Of a DNA stretch of 46,110 nt, positions 37,630 to 46,110 are shown in pieces. The first letter of the stretch is position 1; every line of letters begins with the position of its first letter. The translations under genes were made by a program, and so were the position numbers. The notes beneath the pieces are model-generated. The model had not been told where the DNA came from. It saw only the letters and a program-made list of their open reading frames with translations, and did not search any database. This stretch comes from Octopus sinensis (taxonomy: Eukaryota), in contig NW_021834646.1 in assembly GCF_006345805.1 (NCBI RefSeq), forward strand, positions 1 to 46,110, written 5' to 3'.

Positions 37630-37880
37630 TGCCTAAGCCCATTCTACGGCAAAAAAAAACAACTAAACTAAAAACTATCTTAACCTTTTGTACATTTGGT
37701 CAGAAAACATTTTGGAGCTAAAGTAAACAATCATCAAGATATCGACCTCTATTGATGGTGCGGAACTGATCTGCCATTTCCGAAAGTATATATTTAGACC
37801 ACCAAATCAGCTACTTGTGCTGAAGCAGATCTTCCCATCGTGACATCAAAACCATCGGGTGTGTCTTTATGGACCCACAT
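37630..37880 (-). mobile_element. Penelope-like reverse transcriptase remnant
   Basis: The minus strand reads WVHKDTPDGFDVTMGRSASAQVADLV..YILSEM...RGRYLDDCL, matching the Penelope RT pattern FDVTMGS.D.AE...LVG.YIL...YRDDG. Confidence 0.75.
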
Positions 37881-38685
37881 TTATGGACCCATATATATAT
37901 ATATATATATACACGCGCATACGTTCATGAATACAACATACACACCACACACACACCACACCACACACATATATATTATATTATATATATATATCTCAGG
38001 GGGCGATTCCAGGTCATCAGCGTCACACGGGCTCATCACAGTCTTCGTATAAAGACACATTTCTACTCGAAGAATTTCACGTTTTCGCGCTTTATTCTTA
38101 GCCCCAAATGGCTTATTTTTTTTCACATCTAACACTATGTCTTTCTCCGTTTCTAAGTTAAAGATTAAAATAAAGCAACCCTGCAAAACACAACTGATCT
38201 TTGCGCACAGATGCACAGAGTAAGAGCAATGAATTACGACAGGGGAGTGCACAAGCAAACATCAGCGATCTGACTGTCGCTTGTAACTTGACAAGAGATG
38301 CCAGTTTGTCTTTTACACCTACCAGGCTCGTTCCTATTAGCCCGAGTTGCTGGATTAATTTTCGTTCTGGATCTTTTCTGTTGAACGGCAGTTTTTTTTA
38401 AAGTAATTTCCACGTAACTAAACACTTTTAAACTTCGTATACTGGTAGAATGTGTTTATAAAACCTCTTTTTCTCTTGGCTTTATTGAGAAAATTCTATA
38501 GTAGGTAAGATATTGTTGCTTATTTTCTTCAATTTCTGCAATTTCAACCAATCAATGACGTGTATTGAGGTAAAAGAAAAACATTCTGTGCCGTATGAAT
38601 ATGTCCCTCGTTTAAGAAACAGATTGGGTTTAAGAAACAGATTGGTTTATTTAATTTCTGTAGAAAAAAATATACCCTTTCCTCA

Positions 38686-38712
38686 CCCCTAACCCTAACC
38701 CTAACTAACCCT
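38686..38712. repeat. Short telomere-like (CCCTAA)n tract
   Basis: CCCCTAACCCTAACCCTAACTAACCCT lies immediately before the right arm begins. Confidence 0.85.
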
Positions 38713-39679
38713 GTCGACCACGGTGGAATTGAACACAGAACGTAGCGGCAGATGAAATACCACAAAGCATTTCGCCCAGCGTGCTAACGTTTCTGCCAAC
38801 ACGCCACTTCTTTCAGTTTCTGTCTACCAAATCCACTCCAAGTCTTTGCTTGGTCTGGGGATGTAGTAGAAGACACTTGCCCAAGGTGCCAAACAGTGGG
38901 ACTGAACCCTGGATCATATGAGTGGAAGCCAACTTCCCAACCACAAAGCCACACCTGCACTCATGGCTTCTAATAATTAATTAGCATTAAGAGATGCAAA
39001 TTAATAAACTTTGGCCCCAAACCATGACTAAAAGTTAACAAAATTCATTCAGTCTCCTTTCATCGCATCAACCATCGAATGAGAAACCATTTCGAAAGAA
39101 AGAAAAAAGCTTTTCAACTTTTATGTTCTTTACTGTTTTTTTTTTATTGTTTGTCTTTTAATGAACTTATCTTTTGGTATCTGAGGGGTTTTGGTCAAAC
39201 TTCCACCACTGCCATCACCAACACCACCAGTGAAAAGTACAGAAGTACAAGTCTGAATAAAATCAAATAAAACTCTGAAATCAGTGCTCCAGTGTGGTCA
39301 CAGTCTGATTGGAACCAGTAAAAAATAAAAGGATATGTCAGAAGTGAGTGATGTAGTCTTGACATGATCAGGTTCGGTGTGAGCATTCCGTTGTTAGAAC
39401 CATGACTAATTAATTCAGAGTTCTGTATTAGTTTAGATAACCCCATGGTGTTGAAGGTGACGTGGCGGAGGAGGACGTGTTTCTGAGCTCTGTGAGTCAT
39501 TGAGGGCTTTTATGGGTTACAAGCCAAGTGAGAGCATAACCTCATGGCCTATGCCAGCGGGTGTAACCAGCCTACTTATGCGTACCTTTCCTTCATTGGA
39601 CACTAAACTCTGCTTGCAAAGACCTGTAGAGGCTCACTGTCCAAGGCTACGACCCCCCAATGAGCGCTATGGGGGCCAG

Positions 39680-39808
39680 GGCTCGGCTCGGCTCGGCTCG
39701 GCTCGGCTCGGCTCGGCTCGGCTCAGCTCGGCTCGGCTCGGCTCGACTCGGCTCGGCTCGGCTCGACTCGGCTCGACTCGGCTCGGCTCGGCTCGGCTCG
39801 GCTCGGCT
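39680..39808. repeat. (GGCTC)n pentanucleotide repeat, ~25 units
   Basis: Direct inspection. Confidence 0.97.
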
Positions 39809-39884
39809 ATATACAAATATAGTGTGTGGTGTATGTGTATATATATATGTATATACAAATATATGTGTATATGTGTATGTTTAT

Positions 39885-40405
39885 ACGGTTGGATTTCTAT
39901 TAACAACGACCCACTGCATGATTAGCAATAAAATAATTCGTTTTTTTTTTTTGGTGGCTGGGTGTCAGAAAGTTTGAACTAGTCTGCTGGGTTTAACTTT
40001 TAGATTAGTCATGCGTTGCTAAAGAGGAGGGTATAATTTAGATAAATTTTATAAAGGCAGTACAGTAGGCTATAGGGCCACTTTAATCTACTACACTTGC
40101 CTCTTATATACATGGTTTAAAGAGTAATGAGAAAAGATATTCTTTGGAATGGTCTGTTATTTTGAGGGACCCTTACTTCAGAGTAAATATAAATAAGTAT
40201 AAGTTATGTGTTAAGGAATCCCTTCCATCCTTAAGTTTTTTGGTCCCAAAACTTTAAATTTGCTGAGGTGATCCCTTTCTGCAACCATAGGTTTTCATCT
40301 ACTCTTTGAAAGTGTATAGAAATAAAAATGGTTGTAATAAAATTGTATAGGCTTAAGGGAATTTGAAACCGGCGTGTTTGAATTCTATTAACAACAACCA
40401 CTTGC
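39885..40405 (+). mobile_element. Penelope-like GIY-YIG endonuclease remnant (right arm)
   Basis: DKFYKGST, then from 40087 STTLASYIHGLKSNEKRYSLEWSVILRDPYFRVNINKYKLCVKESL..EVIPFCNH; matches the Penelope EN pattern YIG..ST.LS.Y...LK....WSI....PY...C.LC..E. Confidence 0.7.
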
Positions 40406-40569
40406 ATGTTTAAGTAATGAAATAATGTTGTTTTTCTTTTGTGGGTGTTAGAAAATTTGAATAGCATTGTCGATGCGAGTTTGCATTGTTGTACTTTGAA
40501 TACTGTTATATATTTGAGATTTGTTAATTGTTGTTAATGTTGTTTCTTTTTCTTCCCCATTTTTGCGTG

Positions 40570-41820
40570 AAATAGAGGAACAACGAATAGGCAGTTACGC
40601 CGCGGTGGCGGGCAAAGCCTGCCAGCTGACATTCTGCGATTGAAAGAATTGGTGTTGGAGCAGAAGGATTTCGGAAAGTACAAGGATTATTTAAAAAAGA
40701 GGGAGACTGCCTTAGGCTGATACCCCCGGAGAAGCGATGGAAAGAGCAGAGAGGAAAATAATAATATAACAGAATGCTGGATGTAGAAACAAAAAGAGTG
40801 GAAGTAGCAGAGGAATGCCTGAGCGAAGTGAAGGGAGAACGACGTTTTATACTCGCGGAAGGAAGTACGGCACGGTGGAGGTTCACTTCATGAATGAGGA
40901 GGAAACGAAAAAGTACTCCACGATGCTGTGAGATCAGCCAGGTGGGCACTTTTGCCAACCTAATGTGGTAAAAGAGTGGCAAGAGTACAGATAGGGAGAG
41001 TGCCACCCAAAATAGAGGAGGATGGCTGTTGGAAGCTATCCTGTACAACTGTGAGGAGGAGACCAGATTATCAAGGTGGCAACATTGGCTGAGATAAACT
41101 GATGGGGATTAGACTGGAAATCTTGATCCATATAACCCTGCTTGACTTGCACAAGATAGCAGAGGAGTTGGTGCTCCCCGATGACACCCGGCTGAGAATT
41201 GTGGTGGAGGGGAAGCCTCCAATATGTTATAATTGCGGTACAAGAGGACACATGAAGGCAAGGTGACCCCAGAGACGAGGAAAGAACGGAGAACTAAGCA
41301 GAGGGGGAGGAAGTAATAGTAGTGGAGGAAAAGGAGGAGGAAATAGGGGGCAGAAAAAGAACAAGTGCGGAGTCACTGCCAAAAACTGAAAACGAAGAAA
41401 AAAGCGGTAAAAGTACAAGAGAAAAAATTAGTAGAGAAAAGAGACGAGTGAAAATCGAACCCCAGAGCCACAAAAGAAGGAGAGAAGAAATAGACAAAGA
41501 GGAGTATATGAGGAGGGAAAGGGGGGAAGTAAGGAGGAGAATGGAATATGTGAGGCAAAGAAAGCAGCCGACTGAATGATGATAATTTACGATAAGATTG
41601 TGTGAATTGAGGAAAAGATTGCAAAGGTGAAGAATTTAATAAGAGTAAGACTGGATGAAGAGGTGTTTGGTAGCGAGGAAAGAGCAGTAGTACTGTTGGA
41701 GAGAGAGAGAGTCGAGAATTGACGGAATTGTTTGGAACAATAATAAGGAAAACTGGACTGTACATTTCAAAGAAAGCAACGAGAATGAAATTCTTTGAAA
41801 ACCAAAAAAAAAAAATAATA
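40570..41820 (+). pseudogene. Tx1-like ORF1 with no adjoining ORF2, right-arm copy
   Basis: Inverted duplicate of 33865-35111; IVVEGKPPICYNCGTRGHMKAR at ~41200-41265. Confidence 0.8.
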
Positions 41821-42590
41821 AGAAAGTTTTTTTCAAGAATATTGTTTACTTTAATATTTGTGTCTTTGTGAAATAGATGTTGGTTGGATTATGTCTTCAT
41901 TATTTTGTATTAATGGCGGGGGAGAAGGATGGCGTTCCAGTGTCTTTTGTTTATTTTAACTCATAAAATTATGTGTAATTAAAATTACTTCATCAGTAAT
42001 GAAGGATTTAAAAAATATCCTTCCTTCCCCCCATCCGCATCCACTCTAATACTCCAATATAAATATGTTTAATAGGTAATTCCAGCCTGAAGAATTCAAT
42101 GTTATATATAATGATAAGTCATTAAAGGCATCATTATGAAACATATTCAAAATTTGGTTATTAATAACCAAATAGTAGAAACGATTGACAAGATGAGACA
42201 TTTCAAATAGATTTTTTATAATGAACTGCTGTCAAATGTAAATAAAGGAAATGTTAACACAGGAGATAATGACTGCGAACGATCTGCTAAAAAGTGCAAT
42301 TAACAACATGAATGATGGTTTAATTAGCAACACTCACTGGTAAAGAAAAACAGGGATTACCTCCCCTTGCCTTTCAACTCATTCCAAGCATGTTCCATGC
42401 ATTAAATACCTGCCATGTTACTTGGGGATTCGACAGGATTTTAGCGGATTGCTTAGAATGTATTGAAGTAGTCATTCTGGCATTCTGTGCCCTGAGTTCA
42501 AATCCCATCAACGTCAACTTTGCTTTTTCATTCTTTCAATACAACATCAGGTACTGAAAGGAATACATCATTATATTTTGCACTCTCTCA

Positions 42591-42635
<45 letters not shown>

Positions 42636-43431
42636 TTTCTCTCTTTTCTTTGAAAGATTTCCACTGTGGTTTAACAGAGAGGAGGGTAGCTACATCATGT
42701 TTAAAATACCCAAATATGAGTGTGAGGAAGGCGTCCTTATGATTCTGACAACATATGATGACTTAAGACAGGGAATGGATATGAATAGACCCCCTCATCA
42801 ATAGATATACCCAGTACTCAATCATATTGAACAACCACAGTTATCTGTGGTAGTAGTGTACATCAGATAAAAATGCTATCTGATGCGTCTACTGAAAATC
42901 TAAGCAGGTCCTGTCAAACTGTTCCTGTCTATTTATTTGCACAAGCTAATAATGAACCAATGAGAGATCGTGTTATGTGGTGGTTAGGTCTGTTAGATGT
43001 AGCAGCCACATCTGCCTCGTATCTTAAAACAAGGACATGTGAACTCACATGGTTATATGGTCACTGCAAATAGGAAAAAGACAGGATGGTCACAGCTAGA
43101 ATGCTTTTGATCTCAGGCCTGCGCAGTCAGGGTTGACCAAGGGCTAAACAGCACATTTTATTATTAGTATTGTTGTTGTTATTGTTGTTAAGGTGACGGA
43201 AATGTGAGCACATCAGGCAAAACGCTTAGTAGCATTTCTTCTGACTTTACATTCCAAATTCTGATTACCATGAAGCTGACTTTGCCTTTCATCCTGTTAG
43301 GGTCAGTAAAATAGGTACCAGTTGAATACTGGGGTTGATTAATGGACTATATATTCCACTTTACCAAAATTATTTTTATCTTCATCATCATCATCAACAT
43401 CTTCATCATTATGGCGGCAAGTTGGCAGAAA

Positions 43432-43664
43432 CATTATCATTATTATTATTATTATTATTATGATCATTATTATTATTATTATTATTGTTATTATTATTAT
43501 TATTATTATTATCATAATTATTATTATTATTATTATCATTATTATTATTATTATTATTATTATCATTATTATCATTACTATTATTATTATTATTATTATT
43601 ATTATCATTATTATCATTATTAATATTATTATTATTATCATCATTATTATTATTATTATTAATA

Positions 43665-43700
<36 letters not shown>

Positions 43701-43860
43701 TATGTTTGACTTTTGCTTTATATTTGTACAAGTTGGCTCCAAGTCTCACCCAGAGACCTCAAGAGACAACAGGGTTGGAAGTCCATGTTGTTGTTATGCC
43801 TAGTGTGCCATATATTCAGGGGGTGGGGATGTTGTACTAATGAATGTCTAAAAAAAAAGG

Positions 43861-43926
<66 letters not shown>
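43432..43926. repeat. (TTA)n tracts (43432-43698 and 43867-43926)
   Basis: Direct inspection. Confidence 0.97.
43699..43850 (-). mobile_element. Possible short Dong/R4-like 3'UTR fragment between two (TAA)n tracts
   Basis: The minus strand ends GAGGTCTCTGGGTGAGACTTGG..GCAAAAGTCAAACATAGAATAATAAT and runs into (TAA)n. There is no coding evidence. Confidence 0.4.
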
Positions 43927-45918
43927 GGCAGCGGTGTACTGGAACTGGCAACAAAACGGGAGCATTCCCGGTTTTGTGAGCCGAGGAGCAGTAACACTGC
44001 TGAAGAAAGATCTAAACAAGGGAAATGTAATAGATAACTTTAGGCCCATCACTCTGCTTAATGCAGACTTGAAGATTTTGGCCAAGGTGTTAGCCAAGAG
44101 GTTGGCGCTTGTCATCGAAAAACTGGTTGACAAGGCGCAAACGTGCACCGTGCCGGACCGGATCATCCATGACAACCTCCACCTGATGCGCTACATCATA
44201 GACAGGGTAGTTAACGAACCTGGCATGGGTGGGGCGCTGATCAATCGAAAGCTTTCGATAGGGTAGACCATCGATACTTGGAGGCAGTCCTCAGAGCGGC
44301 TGGCTTCGGTCCCGTCTTCCGCGGCTGGATAGCCACTTTGTACAGAGGCATCCGTTCGGTAGTTCGCGTAAATGGACATCTATCGAGACCTTTCGACATC
44401 GCACGTTCGGTTCGTCAGGGATGCCCCATTTCGTCGCTTCTATACGTATTGACTCTCGAGCCACTATTGCGGAAGCTGGCAACTCTGAGGGGCATCCCGT
44501 GAGAACTGGGATGCGGGACGAGCGTGTCTGCATACGCGGACGACGTCACCGTCATAGTGTCTAGCCACGAGCACATCGAGCAGGTCGGCGAGACACTGAA
44601 AACCTACGAAGCAGTGACAGGAGCAAAAATCAACCGGGAAAAGTCAGTGGGCTTGCGACTAGGCACCTGGAGAAGCAAACCCATGCCGTCCACCAGCGCC
44701 TCCGTTGTGGGACGCTGGACCGACGGTCTGGTCGAGTTGCTCGGGGTCTGGTTCAGTCCGGACCTCCAAATGGAGAAGAACTGGAACGAGATAACGAGTA
44801 GGGTGGTCACTCTCGCCCAGCAATGGGCCGAGAGGAAACTGTCCCTAAAAGGTCGGGCGGAGGTGGCGAACACGTACATCGCGTCCATCATCTACTACCG
44901 CCTGACCGTCGTGCCTTGTTCCGACCCTACCGTCACCAAACTAGAACGTATTCTCTTTCGCTTCTTGTGGAAAGGATGCGTCCCGATGGTCAGACGATTC
45001 ATTTGCTGCCAACTCCCGTTAAAAGGAGGGCTGGGCATGCCGTGGTTGATGATGCGCAGACATGCGCTGAGACTGCGACATCTCGGGCTCTTCGTAGACG
45101 ACGGTGAACAGGTGTGGTCACCGTTTGTGAGGCACGCATTCTCGCAGCTCGTCTCCATGACCGAAATGCAATCGTAGATCAAAAAGAGGCCGAGGAAGGG
45201 CGAATGGCACCGCGAGTGTCGCGTTGCTCTCAAGCAACTCTGCCGTCCTGGGTCAACCTCGAGTGACTCCATCACAACCAAAGCATTCTATAGGGGATTA
45301 GTGGAGGGGAGGTACGACGATGAGCTCGGGGCGAACCTGGACGTCGACGAGGAATACCTGACCTGCCTGTTCGGGACTACTTTCGGGCCAGGGCCCATGG
45401 ACAACTTCCAGAGATCCCTGGCCTGGCAGTGCTACCGAGAAGCGCTACCCGTTCGGGATAAGCTCTACAGACACGGCTCGAGAAACACGGGGCCGACCTG
45501 CCCGAGATGCGGTCAGAGCGACGAAACCGTTCTGCACGCACTCGTGCAGTGTCCAACAATTTCCGACCTGTGGGCTTATGTCGAACAACTGCTGTCACGT
45601 GTGGGACGAGTCGGTTTATCAGCTGAGTCTATCGTCAATATTGTCACGCCTCCTTCCTTCAAACGGGAAGGAAGAGCTATTTTCATCATCCTTGTGGCTA
45701 TGGCGAAAGAATGTATCTGGTGGACGCGTCTGAAAGGATTGGAGACAAACACTTTCCTCTCTGGTCAACCTCTCATCAACTTCTTCAAGTATCACTTGAA
45801 GAGGAAAGTGAGAGTAGAGAGGCAAGTTTTGTCTAGCGAATGTTCTAAAAAAAGATGGGTGAATGTAGAAAGGATGGCACGTATGAATGACGAAGCCACC
45901 TTGAGCATAATCCTGTGA
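43927..45918 (+). pseudogene. Tx1 ORF2 3' portion (RT plus zf-RVT-type CCHC domain)
   Basis: ORFs 43844-44266, 44278-44502, 44524-45177 and 45301-45918. Lesions: a small deletion/frameshift near 44245, TGA at 44500 and TAG at 45175. Confidence 0.88.
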
Positions 45919-46110
45919 ACCCAGAAATTGAAAACAGAGGGTTACCCACTTGCAAACAAATGTGGTAAAATATAGCCTTGACCGAGGTTACCGTTGTCTT
46001 TTTCGTAGGCTTTTCTTCCCACGGATAAACCTTACTTGTTTTCCCCTTTACACCATACATCATGACACTGTGATACACGATCCCTATTGATCGCTTTTTT
46101 CTCCTCTGCC
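43927..46110 (+). mobile_element. Tx1/L1-clade LINE copy 2, 5'-truncated (RT, C-terminal zinc finger, 3'UTR running off the window)
   Basis: Begins at LAAVYWNWQQNG, homologous to copy 1 LLASVYCNWQQNG. Contains RQGCPIS, AYADDV, LSLKGRAEVAN and CPRCGQSDETVLHALVQC, with the stop at 45918. Directly preceded by (TTA)n. Confidence 0.93.

Larger units (their letters stand above)
38713..43152 (-). repeat. Right arm of large inverted duplication
   Basis: Collinear reverse complement of the left arm; lacks left-arm segments ~32358-33055 and ~33202-33710. Confidence 0.95.

Noticed and set aside
31320-43152. Giant TIR/foldback transposon
   Set aside because: No TSD is visible, the spacer has no transposase, and the arms are a mosaic of old host repeats. 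An inverted duplication or a haplotype artefact fits better.

Overview
This is eukaryotic, AT-rich, repeat-saturated DNA with no convincing host protein-coding gene. The SINE families and (TACA)n/(GATA)n/(AAT)n load resemble an Octopus (coleoid cephalopod) genome; that assignment is recognition and inference, not a database result. Retroelements present are two Tx1/L1-clade LINE copies (minus strand 4.4-8.85 kb with ORF1, APE and RT; plus strand from 43.9 kb to the end with RT and C-terminal CCHC), two R4/Dong-clade restriction-like-endonuclease LINE fragments (one embedded in (TAA)n), a CR1-like RT fragment, RTE 3' fragments, Penelope RT and GIY-YIG remnants, and many tRNA-derived SINEs. DNA-transposon remnants are Chapaev3-like, mariner and a Helitron/HINE-like element. 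There is also an 8 x ~156 bp G-rich tandem array. The most striking structure is a ~12 kb imperfect palindrome: arms ~31320-36921 and ~38713-43152 around a ~1.8 kb spacer. Each arm carries an ORF1-only Tx1-like element and a Penelope endonuclease remnant. Most ORF-track entries are microsatellite artefacts. Coordinates were read by eye and are approximate (tens of bp).
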